Shown: piece after piece, positions 13,541 through 27,700 of the stretch | Layout of the letters: each line of letters begins with the position of its first letter | How positions within the stretch are numbered: the first letter of the stretch is position 1 | From: Bispira polyomma | Taxonomy: Eukaryota | DNA: 64,000 bases | Direction: 5' to 3' | Assembly: GCA_965649765.1 (NCBI GenBank) | Contig: OZ287758.1 | Span: forward strand, 1,488,001-1,552,000 | Position numbers and translations under genes: made by a program | Notes under the pieces: generated by a model | The model's database searches: none | What the model saw: only the letters and a program-made list of their open reading frames with translations | Told to the model about the DNA's origin: nothing

Positions 13541-16368
13541 AAAAACATATACTTGTGTCTTGTAAATTCGATAGTTTTAACCGTTTTTTATTGGCTTATT
13601 TCACCCTAAAAAGTACTGTTCTTAGCGAAAACTGGAACTGTATTTTAATCTAAAGATATTAAACTATTTAATACTATCGAATTAAGAAGGCTATCCAATC
13701 AACAAGACACCTAAGGGGAGTACTAGACTTCTTCATATATCCCAATATAGTTTCTAAAAGCAATATATTACGATACAAAATTTAAAAAAAGTTCAATGGA
13801 AATGTCATCATTTAGCAACAAATCAAATATTATTACAAAGAATAAATACTTTTGCATCTTCTGTCAAAATGTGAGGCCATTATTTAGATTAATAAAAGCA
13901 AGTACATACGTATCGATCGATACAGTATTTTCACTATAAATCCTTTAATGTCACTTACTTCCGGGTCGCGTTTTAGATGAAACCTCGCCTCGTGTGTTAA
14001 ATAAAAGATATTATAGTGAGGGAGGAAGTTCTAAAAGCCGAGTACCCCCATAAAACGCCCCAAATATGATGAGAATGTAGGCAAAAATAGAAGGAGTTCG
14101 CAGACTTTGCCTCGACCCTTGTGTTAATAAAATATATTCTAGTGAGATAGGAAATTTTGAAAGCCGAGTATCCAACCGAAATTCCCAAAAGTGATGAGAA
14201 CATAAGTGATTTGCAAGCCGCTCGTGTCAAATAAAATATACAAAAAGTGATGACGTCAACACAAAAATGGCCAGAAATGCTAGTACCGAGTATTTGAATA
14301 CTTAAAAATAAATCAAAGACTGTAGTGTGGCGCCATCTAGCATTCGAGACCAAAGTTAGAAAGCGTGCGTTCTCGCAAGTTAGAAGTAAAATTAGAAGAA
14401 ATAGATTTTCCCGTCAGTATGGGTGTATATATATCGTATAGATATCCCAAACCCTAGTGTTTGTCACATATATATATATATATACCTATTGAAACCTACG
14501 AATCTGACTGGCCCCATGAAAAATGGACATAATAAAATATGCGGTAAATGGGAAGTCAAAGGTTAAATCTTATTTTACAAACAAAATAAAAAAAATATAG
14601 ATATATTAAGGCTTCTGACTCGTCCTTAGTACCAACCACATATAACTGCCAAAAACGGACTTAAAATAATGAACGAAACTGGTAGAAAGTGCTGTCTACT
14701 TCTTAATACATGATGATTGAAAAACAAAACAAAAAGAGAAATAAAATACCCAAAGTAAGGCTAACTTTTACTTCTTTCAATCTCAGGCAAACTTAACGTG
14801 AAGTCAACTTAAGGTTGCCTTTAATTTAAATTTAAACTGAATACATAAGGTAGCTAACCCCTCCTTATAGAGTATGTATATGAATGTTAGAGTTTAACAC
14901 AGATATTCCACTAATACCCCCACACTTTTTTCGCCTCAAGGACACTGAGCTCAGTTCACACTGTAACCTGTCTGGGTAATGGGCCAAAACACCACCCGAC
15001 CCTGTGTAATGTTAACAAACAAGAATATGTTCATTTCAAAGATGGTAAAGCTGGAATTTTGCACCATCAATAAATTTTAGCTATTTTAAATAATACCTTG
15101 GATATACTACATCAAAAATTCAAACATGTACATTTGTATTAAGTAAGAACTAATGATGCAATTGAATTTTAACGACATAATTAAATTGGTGAAATTTTTA
15201 ATTCCAGCTGAAATTGGTATTTTACACAATGATACTATGCACCCATATACGGCTCTAGATTGTTTGTATACAAAGACACACTCCATATATCTACTGTTAG
15301 GTCTACGTGAATTAGAATTCAGATAGAAATACATTATATAGTTTATGAAACAGCATAAGATATTTTGTGGCAAGTTGTTGTGTCCAATAATTTAACCACC
15401 ATGAAATATTTAAGGATTTTACATTTGTAACAAAGTGACCACGCCTTAACTACAACATACCAACATGGAGTTAAAGTATATTGGGTTACAAAAAGATACT
15501 CTCTAGGAATTAGGAAGCAGATGAATTCATCAACAGGGTGGGTTTGAATAATGGAGAGTTGTTCTGTTTGATGTTAAAAAACACATTTTTAGTTAATTTT
15601 AATATAAGTAGGGTGATACGGAAAATTGCCTAAAATTTACCCCAAAATGGACCTAAAATCATAATTTAAAAACCAATGGAAACTCATGATGTCAAGGTGT
15701 TATTGTTCTGTAATTAGTCAAATTTTATTAAAAAGTCCCGTTTTGTGTCCCATCTGAGCGATTTTCAGAAGACCACCTAAAAGGCACAGTGCCTGCAGTA
15801 AAGATACAGTCACATCTTTAACATTTGACTGGTTTTTTATAATTTAAGCACCAATAATGTACAGTCTTATTTTATATCAGCGTATTTTTACTTTTTTGTG
15901 TGTATATTTTAACCCAAATAGCTTAATTTATTGACACCACCCACGTAAGTCGATATTCTGCAGTAAATATATTATAAAATCATTAATATTAGACTGATTT
16001 TTATAATTCCAACACCAATTGAAACATTGTGCCTCGCTTCATATGATAGGGTTTAATTTAATTTTTGTATAATTAGTAAAATTTATTTAAAAGTTAAACC
16101 AATCGCTTACTCCTTCTGGACAATTTTTCATAGATCGACAAATAACCCTAATTCACTGACAGAGTTCCTGAAGTAAATTCACTGTAAAATATTTAATGTT
16201 CATCTTATTTTCATAATTTATAAGCATGAGTTTTTTTAATGCTCCATTCATAGAATTAAAATACAAATATGTATTTATTTCTTACAAACCAGTATTTCAC
16301 AGTACAATTATTCCCAGTGAGCATTATACAGCTGTATGTATTATTTCCAGCACCAGCCATTGTTAGAG

Positions 16369-17034
16369 ATGGCAGAACTGTTGTGGGGCCGTCAAGGTCT
16401 TACAGACAGCCAGGTGTCAGGTGGACTAAGTGGTCTGCCACCAGAGTCTGGATACACAAAGGTGGATTTATATAATAATAAACTGACCTGAGTGGGTTAG
16501 ATACACACAATTCAAGGGGCTACACGTATTTACCTGTTTAATAACCAGTTCACCACACTAGACCCTCAAACCCTCCCACTTCATCTGAGGGAGTTATACA
16601 TGTCTTTTAACCACATCACTGAGGTGGAGGACCTCAGTCAGCATACACAACTACACAAACTGTCTCTCTCAAATAACCACATCACAGAGATTGTTGCACA
16701 CAGACTCCCTGTCAGTCTGGGGGTCTTAGACATGTCTAATAACAGAGGTACCTGACCTCAGTCAGCACAAGCAACTAGACACACTGGATCTCAATGGTAA
16801 TGGCATTACCAGTATTCACCGGAGCAATACTAATCTTTCAGGCTGGCAAATAGATAATCTCGGAGAAAAGTTCTTTCAAACTGAAGCTGGCAACAACCTG
16901 TTGTGTAAATGTGGATTTGATGCTGACAGGCTTAGACAACCTCCCACAGAAGTGTTTAAGTGAGGTGTGAAGTCTGTGCTGAGCTACTATAAGGATATGA
17001 GGCTGTCGAAACAAGTGAGGAATTCCAGGAAAAG
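16369..17034 (+). pseudogene. ROCO exon: leucine-rich repeats and the pre-Roc PP.EV motif
   Basis: ATG at 16369. Translation: KVDLYNNKLT*, RIYLFNNQFTTL, LRELYMSFNHITEV, LHKLSLSNNHITEI, LGVLDMSNN, (frameshift) LDTLDLNGNGITSI, then QPPTEVFK*GVKSVLSYYK...RKR. Donor AG|GTAAAA at 17034/17035. Stops at 16489, 16498 and 16961. Confidence 0.88.
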
Positions 17035-19662
17035 GTAAAACAATAATATTATGTTCATATATACATCACAGGTGCAATTCATTTCTATCTCACCAAGCTC
17101 CAGATGTATCCATAATGGGCATCACCTGGCTGTACAGTAACATGTTTGTGAGAATATGTGCAGCCACACTATAAAGCTAGACAGTCAGCAGACGTGTCAG
17201 GTGATAATCATGCTTTCCTGGAGAAAGGGAATAGTGGAAGACCCTTGGTTATGCATAGTTACAACGTGTCCATAAGGTAATCTCTAAATCTGTAAAGAGT
17301 TGTGCTCTTAAATTTGGTGTATATACACTTTTTGGTCTCTAGTTGGTCCAAAATTAATTTGGTGTGATTATATGCATTATAGTAGAAGTTATTCAAGTTT
17401 TAAATATTGGGATCCTCAGATTTGATTAAAGGTTCCATTACAGTCCATTTCAAATGGTTTCAAAAGGAATATATAATATACATTACAAACATTAGGTTTG
17501 GGAAGATATATACCATACTTTGGTTAATGGGTGGTCATGGCTGTAAGGAATATAAAATTTGCCACCATCTGAAATTCGCAACCAAGAAAATGTTGTGTTT
17601 TGGGTAGAATTGTGGTAAATATTTGCTTAAATAAATATTTTTATGAATAATTTGCCTTCCTTACGAGTTATTTTTCGCCAGTTTTTATTTATTTGGCTTA
17701 AATTTTAGGGGTGGCGAATTTTAGATACAGGAGCAAATTTTAGATTACTTACTGTATCAAGCTGAGAAAAAATATGGTATACCCAATATATTGCATACAG
17801 GTTAACTGGAATATTTTAAAGGATAAAAATTACAGAAGCTATATGTGTCACAATAGGAATAAACCATATGGGGTCAAAAATGGATGGTTTTTGATGGCAG
17901 GAAATACATTTTTTTTTGTTTGGTAACAATTATAATTGAACTAAGTGTACCAGTGTAGCGCTAAAAAAAGTGTGTGGGGATACAAAATATGGCCAGGGGG
18001 GCTTGCCAAAGTTTTGTATCCCCTTGCAAAATAATGTGTCCCCTGGAAACAAATAACTTTATTCTCTGACTATCTATATATGTGTATTATATTTATAAGC
18101 TTAAACTTATAAGCCATTTTAGCTGAGTGCTATTTTATTTACCTTTTGTTATTTAGATTATTAAAGTATTCAAGTAAGTGTGACTAAAATAATTAATCTA
18201 TGTGTACCTTTTGTGATTTGTAAAATGTTTGTGCATAGAACAGCGACAGTTTAGTAAAAAAAATCTGTAATTGGATGAAACTTGGGCTTTAATTAGCAAG
18301 GAATTGATTTAAGTGATATATTTGTTTGGGGTGCTATAGTGGCTTCTGTACTGATGACTAGTACTTTCTTTTGTCTATAGGGATAGTAACTAGTGGTTCA
18401 CTATCTCCTGACTAATTTCGGACGTTATGCAAGCTATAACAGCTAAAATGAAAATATTAAAATTGAAAAATAAATTATGGGTTGGTCGTTTCTAGAGCTG
18501 TCAATAAACCCGATAATTTTGTAGGTAAACAAAAAACTTTTGTGAGCTACCAAAATATATAAAAAATTGTTTTTATCAGGTTTTAAAGCAAACTTATGTG
18601 AAAAATAAATTATCAAAACATTTTTAAGGCGATTCGGTTGTTTATACATATGTTTCAGATTTTACTTTGAATTTTGCCTTTGGTTTACCTAACTGGGCAC
18701 CCACAGTAGATGGTTCTCAAAATCCATTTGGATCGCTGATAAGTGACTGGTTCACTATTTCCAGACTCGTCAGTAACTTACTTTGTAGTCATGTAGTGGC
18801 ATTATCATGATATGGCCACCAGGCCATTCTCCTCTTCTTTAACTTAATCCCAAAAAATTTAACTGCTAGAACCCATTAACCGCAACCCCTGCAATTTGGA
18901 CCACACTTACAGCATGAGCTGTAGTGGGAACTAACCCGCTCAAGCTTAAATATGCCTGACACTTAAGATCAATATATATATCGCAAACTGGAGTTGCCTC
19001 AAACTCATCTGATAAATCTACACTTGTGATTGAAGTGAAGTACAATTTAACATGAAGTATAATTACATGTTCTATTTATATAGATTACCAGATGATGAGC
19101 TCAGGTCCCACTACCCCCAATCATTTAAAGGAAAAGTATTGAAGCTAATTCACCAAATTTAGTGTTTATTATGGCTATAGCTTGTTTGGCATGGGGTAAT
19201 GATTGATTAAGATAGTTTTGTGCCCATTCTGAAAAACAAAAATGGCCACCGTTTGTGTTACTCTCACAAATTGTTTCTGTCCATTTAGGGAAAGTATTGA
19301 CTTGAAATGGCCGCCCTTGATGTTAACATCAAATTAAAAATATAGATACTGCCACTCCCTGAAAAACACTGTCAATCAGTCAAATATCACCCCATTGGTC
19401 TAAAAAAATACAGACTTCTATTTGCAATTTGTGTACCAAATGTCAATGAACAAGTACTTGAAAAATAAAGTTAATAAAAGGGGCAAGATACAGCAAGATA
19501 GAATAAATTACTCATTTGAGGTACTTTGCGAGGAAACCAGGGCTGAAAACAAATAAGCGCCCCTAAAATACATGTACCCTTGTAAAGTTAGTAGATAAAG
19601 AGTGTTTCTTCAACAATTTTGTCAAATCCTACAATTACCGTGTTTTTGTTTTATTTTTAAAG

Positions 19663-21291
19663 GTTGGTACTCTTGGGCCTGACCGAAGCAGGAAAATCCA
19701 GTGCTGTTGAAAGTCTTAAGCAGTGTTGGTGAACATCAGGGATAGAACACAAGTGATTGCTATCAAGTACTGGGACATCACTGAGGAGGACATCATCCAC
19801 ATCTATGACCAAGGGGGCCACAGCATTTACAGTATTACCAGTCCCATGTTCATCTCCAAGGAAAGCACAGTGTTCCTTGTCCATGACTTGGCAAAAGTAG
19901 ATCAACAAGAGATTGATGCAACAATAACAATTCTGAGGCAGGCTTTGCATCAATACCCAGACAATGAGTTGCATGTTGTGTTGACCCATACAGACCTCCT
20001 TAGCAATGATCAGATAACCACGAATGCTGGGGTTATTAAGGCATCCATACAACAGTTTCTTGGTGGTGAAATTAACAGCTATGGTAGACTGAAAGAGACA
20101 CAGGTCAATGAAAAACTGAGAACTGAAACGTCCCAACTTTTTGAGATGTTTCAGCACAAAAAAACAAGCATGTTGTACTTCATGGTTTCAAGTAAAACTT
20201 ACCCAGGGATGGAGGAGGTAAAAGTCTTTTTGAAAGAAGTTATACAGAAAAAGCGAGATCCTGTTCCTGAGAGCTGGGTCCAATTCTACAGAAAAATCAC
20301 AGAAACCAACAAGAAGTTTCTTTGTTTGGATGAAACACTGGCTTTCTATGGTGATCAGTTGTCTGAACCAGCTAAGGGACTATTTGAGAGATACCAACCT
20401 TGTTTTGCACTATGACCAAAACCCTTTTTTACGACAGTATGTATTTCACGATTTAGACTTCATCATAACAATTTTGAAATCTGTGTTTCATTACAGAATT
20501 GCTGATGTGATCAACCATGAAAAATATGAAAAATTGCAGGGAAAGTTTAAGAAGCTGGAATGTGATACAGCAGTAAAGAGATATCAGGATGAAGGTCTTC
20601 TTGGTGAAAAGTTACTGTCACATTTGTGGAACCAGCATGAACTTAGAGCTGAGGATAAGAATACCCTCATTGAACGGATGAGATCATTTAATCTGTGCTA
20701 CAACATATCCAAAGATAACAGCCTCTTGTACTTTCCCTGGTTTGTGAAATCTCAAAAATGCCCTGATCATCTGAGGAAAGAATGCTTGATGATATTTGAT
20801 CAAGTCATGCTTCAGTCCAGCTGCAGTGTGAATTTTTCAACATGATTCCTTTAAATGTGTTTGAGATGGTTTGTGTTTGTCTATAGAGGAAGGCCACAAA
20901 GGGGAATCATTACATGGGAGACAGACAGGCATGGAAGGATGGCCTGATAGTGTCCTTTGGTTCTGTTGAGTGTATTGTGACAAGGCCTGTGAAAACAAAT
21001 CGATCATTAACATTTGTGTACGTGGAAGCCTGGATGACATTCCTCAAATTTGGAAAACCATTGATACCCTTCTGGAAGATTTACAATCTGTCCTGAGCCA
21101 GTGGCATGGCATCATCAAGAGTATACATTTCATCTGTGGCCATTGTGTAATTGAGGGAATCTTGCCGCCCCACCACTGGCCACCTCATCAAGTTTTTCCA
21201 AAGGATAGAACCACGCATACCACGTATGGTGCACTGCAGTAAAGATCCTTCTAAGGACATACCATTTGCCCTGGTTGCTGCAATCTCTAAA
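19663..21291 (+). pseudogene. ROCO exon: Roc GTPase and COR domains (several frameshifts)
   Basis: The acceptor at 19661-19662 joins the LRR exon in phase 2 to give RKRLVLLGLTEAGKSS (G1). Then DRTQ (G2), YDQGGH (G3), VVLTHTD (G4), MVSSK (G5), VPESW, LRYLRDTNLVLHY-like and YFPWF. The C-terminus ICGHCVIEG..PHHWP....MVHCSKDPSKDIPFALVA resembles the MFHAS1 C-terminus. Covers the ORF-track pieces 19723-20415, 20330-20845, 20914-21096 and 20970-21242. Confidence 0.9.
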
Positions 21292-22217
21292 GGTATTGTG
21301 TGGCTTACTGTTAAAGTGGAACAATTTTAGCATTTGCCAAAGTTCAATAGTTTACTACTCTAACAAATTTTCATTAATTAATAATGCATAAATATTTTTT
21401 TGAAATTAATGTTCACTATCTTTGGTCACTAGCTAAAATATCAAAATCAAAGTCTACTTTATTTGTAATTATTAGCTCCTTTACAATACACGGTTTTGCA
21501 TTCTCAACTGTGTATGTATTTGGATTTTACATCATTTCCAACGTCTTAGCTCATATATTGATGGCCAGAGGATCTGAAAACACAATACAGTACAGAGGAA
21601 TCACTAGTTGTTGTATTTGTACAGTGTTTACAGAGATCAGAAAACCAGCCTGCCCTTCAAGTCTCCATGTGATTATATAAATCTTAAAAACCAAATGAAT
21701 AATTGTTATATTTTACACCCATTTAAAAAACCAGAACAAACAACAACGAGCGGTGGCTGATGTCGCCCAGTATCTACAAACATTCTGGAAATGTAAATAT
21801 TTTGACATTTACCAATTATGTTAACTACTAAAATAATGTAGTAAGTTCGACTATTAACTGTAAGTTCCACTTAATCATACAGATTTGTTGTAATAATGCC
21901 ATAAGCAATGAATTGAGAGTTATACATTGAATATCCAACAAAATATGAATTTTTTTTTCATCAAAGTGTACCAAAAATATATGACACTGATTCTTACACT
22001 TTTGATATGATTTATAGGTACCGTAGATCCTCTATTATCAAAACTTTTTTTGGATAATAGAAAGGTCATACAATACACCATAGGAAAACATGAAGTTGGG
22101 AGAGTGGAAATAAGTAAACTGCTATTATTTCAGATAATAGAGGTTGTATTGTGTAGGTATATCTTTTCTGCAAGCTCTATGATCCAGTACACTAAATTGA
22201 ACATGCCAATATTGTAG

Positions 22218-22925
22218 CCAAGAACCCACCAGGACCCATTCTTTACTTGGACTGTGACCTACAGCTACCAGACGTTTACATCTTACACTGGGGAAGGCCG
22301 CATGTGGAGACTGGTGGAGACACCATCAGCAACTTTCTGGTTGAGTATAGTGATGAGGCCGATGGGTGGAAGCAGGTTCAGCACCAAATAATTGGGAACG
22401 CATTTGAATTTAAAGGTAACAATGGCTCACTCACAATCCTCCCCCCTTCCTACATAGGAAGTTGCGTTGTAAACATTGTACAGCGAGGCATAGTTGAAAA
22501 GTGATAATTTAGGTTTAGAAGCATCACTACCAAAAATTACTATGCTGTGTAAAAGTCATAGCCGAAATATTGTTTCTCGAGAAAAATGGGATGTTTTACA
22601 ATAATTTACATCCGATACATTCCATTTTATGCATATCCACAACCGAAAATAGGCAAGTATTAACCAATTGCTGCATCTTGTCTTATAAGATAATCTATAT
22701 AACTTTACAGTATAAAACAATAGACAATTAAGATATCAACCTTGTTAATTCAGTTTAAAAAATGCTAAAACTATATAACAACTTAAGGACCATTTACAAC
22801 TATGATCTCCAGGTTAAATGTTCAGCACCGTTATTTCAGGTCATGCTTTCAAATTTCGAGTGGCTGCTGAGAACAGAAATGGAAAGGGTCATTCATCTAC
22901 TGTGAGCCTGCCATGGATATTTCAG
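22218..22925 (+). pseudogene. Two phase-1-joined exons (22218-22415, 22840-22925) encoding a fibronectin type III domain
   Basis: PPGPILYLDC..PDVYILHWGRPHVETGGDTISNFLVEYSDEADGWKQV...FEFK(G) plus HAFKFRVAAENRNGKGHSS shows the FN3 hallmarks W..P..GG..I..Y/F.VEY....W and F.FRV.AEN..G.G..S. Confidence 0.8.
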
Positions 22926-23504
22926 GTTATTCTCTATTTTTTTTTAACAATGAATATACACTATGCTACATACCGTTATAGCCCCGTTTATGCCTAGTTT
23001 ATGTAACATTTTCTCCAGTTTACTCCAGTTCTGGCCAAATCACACAAGTTCTAAGCAGTTTAAGCCTTGTTACGCAGGTTCTGATAGCCCAGTCACACCT
23101 TTAGTGCTATCGTCCTACAATGTAGCAAGGCAATATATCTAAAAACAGGGTAGTTTCGTGTCAAAGTGACATCATTTTGACAAATGTGCAGTCGATTGTG
23201 ATGTTTTGTGACGTTTTTGTGACGATGTTGGTACTTACACACAGAACGGGAGAAAAAAATACCTTTAATTTGTAGGATATCACTACCTACTACTACATAG
23301 CACTACTATACCGCTACTTATGGTTGCGTTCTGGTGTGTTATGATACTTAGTGAAACTTTTCACGACGTTTTCAGAGACGAGTGGGGACGTCTGCTTCTT
23401 ACTGCTACTTACACAGACGAGTGGAGACGTCATTGAGAAATGGAGAGCTCTATCACAATTATTTCAAACAGTTTGACATAATTGTGGTGGCAGACCAAGC
23501 GGTA

Positions 23505-25930
23505 CTAAATAGGTAGCCAATGTAATTGTTTCAGCAGGGGAGTAGTGTGAGTGCGAGGGCCAGCATGGCTTACTATTCTGCACAGGTTTTTTTGTATTTT
23601 CTGTAGTTTGTTTATTTGGCCCTTTCCAATTCCATACAGTAGTGACTTACAGTAATCTAGTCGACTTGATACCACGGCATTTGCTACTGTAATGGCATTT
23701 TCTTGGGTTAAATGTCGTCGAATCCTGCGAAAGTCAAGGATGTTGCCGTAGCAGGAATGACAAATATTCGAGACATGTTTTTTGAAGGAGAAATCAGAGT
23801 CAAAAGTAACTCCCAGGTTCTTTGCACTATCAGCAGGAACAGTGCTCTTACCAAGGAGGGTAGTAGGGAAGAAGTCAAGAACCTTTTCCCTCTGATGTTT
23901 TGAGCCAATAATTAAGAATTCTGTTTTGTCAGGGTTGAGTTTCAATTTTGAATTACTCATCCAAGATTCAATCGAAGACAGGCAGCTAGCAAGCTGTTCC
24001 AGGATCTGAAAACATTTTTTTGGAGTGAGGGAGCAGTAGATCTGCGTGTCATCTGCATAGAAGTAATAGCTAATATTGTGGTGTGAGGATACTATACTTG
24101 CAAGGGGAGTAGTGTACAGTGAAAACAAAAGGGGCCCTAGGACAGAACCTTGAGGGACACCGAAAGGGAGATCAGAGGGAGATGACTTAGCTCTGTTGAC
24201 CGTGATAATTTGTTTACGGCATTCGAGATAGGATTCAATCCATTGAAGAACCGAGTCAGATAGCCCGAACCAAGAATTAAGGCATTCAGAAAGAATCTTG
24301 TGGTTAATTGTGTCAAATGCAGCAGACAAATCGAGGAGGGTGAGGGCAGCCATATCACCCTTATCTAAGATCATAGTGATGTCACTGCTAATTTTTAAGA
24401 GTGCTGTTTCAGTTGAATGGAATTTTCTGTAGGCTGACTGGTGTGTATTTCCCATATGGTTGGTGTCCAGGTGATCATATATTTGGAGAGCGACAGCTTT
24501 CTCAATCAATTTTGAGACAAAGCTTAGATTTGATACTGGTCTGTAATTTTTAAGGTTATTTCTGTCTAGATTTGTCTTTTTGAGTAGGGGGGTTACATTG
24601 GCAGTTCTGAACGATTTTGGAAAGCAGCCCTCTTGGAGTGAGTAGTTTATAATGTTTGTGATTGGAGTTAATAGGATATCTATACATTCCTTCAATAAGA
24701 AAGTTGGGATTGGGTCTAGATCACATTGTTTGGAAGGGGATGAAGTAATGATTTTGAGGACTTCATCTCTGCTGAGTGCTCCTAAGTTATTTAAGGTAGC
24801 TGGTTTGTATGGTGGAGTTGGGGTGGATGCTTTGAAAGCCATACAAATTTTATCAATCTTACGTGAGAAAAATTTTCCAAATGAATTTGCAGCTTCTGAA
24901 ATGTTATTATAGTCCGGTAGAACCGGATCTGTAACTTCATGAAATACCTTCTTCACAGATTGCCAAAATTTCCTTGAGTCTGTGCAACTACTTGAGATGA
25001 GAGAATCATAGTGATCTTTTTTAGCCTTTGACAGGAGCCTGTTGAGATGGTTGACAGCCGCTCTGTAGTGTGACCTATCAACCCTTGATTTAGTGTGGCG
25101 TCATCTTTTTTCCAGGAACCGTTTCCATTTCTTGGCAGTGAGGATTTCTGGGGTGATCCAGCGGCAGTCTGGGTGGGACGAAACGTTTTTTCCCGAATGG
25201 GGGCATGATTGTCCATGATATCTCCCAGGACAGTTTTGTATTGATCACACAGATCAGTAGCATTAGTCTTTGGGTTCCTGAGAAGTTCGGAGGATGCGAT
25301 GTCACTTTCAAACTTGTCAATGTTGATTTTATTAATATTTCTAAACATGATAGTTTTGCCTATTGTGTATGTGTGCGGAAATTTGATGTGGAGGCCGACA
25401 GTAAAATGGTCAGAAATACCCTCGGCCACGAATGATTCAACGAAGATGGGGGAGTCTGATTTTGTTATTACCAGGTCTAAAATGTGACCATGAATGTGGG
25501 TTGGTTTGGTGATGTGTTGGGTGTAATCGAATCTGGTAAGTAGTTCTGTGAAATCTGTAGACGAGATTTCGCCTTTGTCCATGGAGATGTTGAAATCATT
25601 ATTGTTATTAACGTCTCAAGAGATCTAGTATTAATTATTTCCATGAGATCAGTCCAGTCAGAGGCAAAAGAAGATTTTAAGAGACATGGTGGCCTGTAAA
25701 CCGTCAAGAGGCAGAAGGAAAAAGAACCATGAGTAATTTTAGGTAGATTTGAAAGAGGCAAAATTAGGAAGATTGATGTCAGTAACATTGAAAATCTTTT
25801 TCACAAAGACGCAAACTCCACCACCTCTCTTGTCTTTAGGGGTTTTTGAAAGAAATTGTATGCAGGGGGGTAATACTAGCCAGAAAAGAGTCTGTGTCAC
25901 TTTTTCCAATCCATGTCTCAGTGATTCCTG
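23505..25930 (-). mobile_element. Degenerate L2/CR1-group LINE (APE + RT) in a ROCO intron, 3' end missing
   Basis: ORF pieces 23505-24956 (RT: NYRPVSNL, GVPQGSVLGP, YADD, LHWLPI), 24953-25582 (THIHGHILDLVI, SDH) and 25477-25788 (VYRPP), with frameshifts between them. Confidence 0.9.
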
Positions 25931-27068
25931 CTATGTCAAGTTTGAAATGGTGTTTGATTTTTTTCTACAATCAGTTAGTGAACTCTGTTTTCTTTTTTGT
26001 GGCAATATTTAGATGAGAAACTCTCAGTCTCTGATATGGAAGAGATGAAACAGAACAAAGAAGCATTTCTGCAGATGAGCTGTGTGGAAAAAGTGACAAT
26101 CAGATTGTCGTGCAGGGCTGGAATACATACAGATGTGGAAGAGAGGGTTCAATGGGCATTAAACCACACTAATGGAGCTTTTATGGCTGCTTGTGAGTAA
26201 AAGTGTATCTTAATATTAGATACAGAAGTAGACTTTAATGTAACAGAGAAAGTACTATGAAGTTAAAGCAACAATTGTGTCCCAAAGGATGTGGTATGCA
26301 TGCTAGAAAAAAATATATGTTGTCGTTCAATGAAGCATTAAGAAGTACTTTTGCACACTGCCTTTATCAATGTCTGCAGGGGTCTTGAGTCGCCCATTGG
26401 AGACTGGGGACTGTGACAGAGGATGTCATTTTAAGTGGTCATCCAAGTCACTGTGCAAAAGCATGTTACTCTAACATAAAATCGAGTTTCAATAAGAAGT
26501 TAACACCATGACTTCTTGATAACCAAAGGTATGTGTCATGTTCAAATCATATTGCTAGTGCTAGTAGTTTATTGACCTCGAGTTCTAGACGTTTCAACTC
26601 GGCTCATGGAGGAGGTCTACCGATGTAACTACCAACAGTTGTTTCTGTTCAAAAAGACCCCCGCAGAATTTGAACAGCAGCATCTGGCTGATCTGGTACC
26701 AGTGCGAAAACACTAGTAACCTTACAACTTGATATTGAAACAATGTATTGTATATTATCTTTTGAATATGCTTTATTCCTGTTAGTTATATAATAATACT
26801 TTACTTCAGACATCATTTATCATTATCATTTTTTCCATGTGAACTATTTAAATATTTAAACAGTAGGTCATTTTGCATTATTTTCAATTGTTTATATATA
26901 CTGTGCATACATATTCTAGTGCATTCATGTGGGAAACACTACAGAAAGGATGTTTAAACAAAAAACGAAATGATGTGTAAACAAGTTACAGATTTTGGAT
27001 TACAGTACCCACAAATTATAACAAATAACTAAAGAGGGTTGAGACCAACGTTCAGTCATGTAACCCTG

Positions 27069-27696
27069 TGTTATGGTCACGGGAGCAAGCGCGGTAGCAA
27101 TTACCGGTTGCTTTGAGGTTGTAACAGGAAAAGACAAAAAGTTTCACTTAACAAATTTATTTAACAAATAAAATAACAATTACAGAATTACAGAATTACA
27201 GAATTACAGTCAACTGAGATACCCTTAATAGTTCATACAATAATACAATAATGAAACCAATCTGACCTGACCACAATGCTGTCCACATAAATAACAATTA
27301 AACAAGTTTGTCCACTGTATCCAACAATCTGTCTTGAGATCCGCTCAGTGTCCACACAATGCCTGTATCCAGTTATCCCTTTGGTATCCACGAATACAAA
27401 ATATATACATCCAGAGAGTCTCACAACTAAGCTATCCAATCCAGGATGCAAAAATATCCAATATGCAGTAAATCCAATCTCTGGTAAATCCACAACTTTT
27501 ATCTAGTTAACTCCAATGAGTTCACCACAAAACATATATAGTAATCGGTTTATATCCACAGGAAAATAAATAAAATGTTTCACAGTATAGCAGTTCATAT
27601 AGCACACCAACTCAATAATCTCTGGTCTGTGGCCAGGCTGTCAACCCTTATATATACAACTGCTAGAGAAGGCTCTAGAATATGTAAGTAATCGCA
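27069..27696 (-). mobile_element. Solo LTR (~628 bp) inserted in a ROCO exon
   Basis: On the minus strand it reads TG...CA. Flanked by CCCTG (27064-68) and TCCTG (27697-701), an imperfect 5-bp TSD. Minus-strand TATATATAA at ~27648-27656 and AATAAA at ~27157-27162. A second copy of its end lies at 1-59. Confidence 0.75.
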
Positions 27697-27700
27697 TCCT

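Noticed and set aside
19657-20157. 166-aa minus-strand ORF
   Set aside because: Antisense shadow of the Roc exon with no independent features.
26380-26528. Possible further ROCO/FN3 exon (AG...GT bounded)
   Set aside because: The splice-like ends are plausible, but no frame gave a recognisable domain. Too degraded to call.
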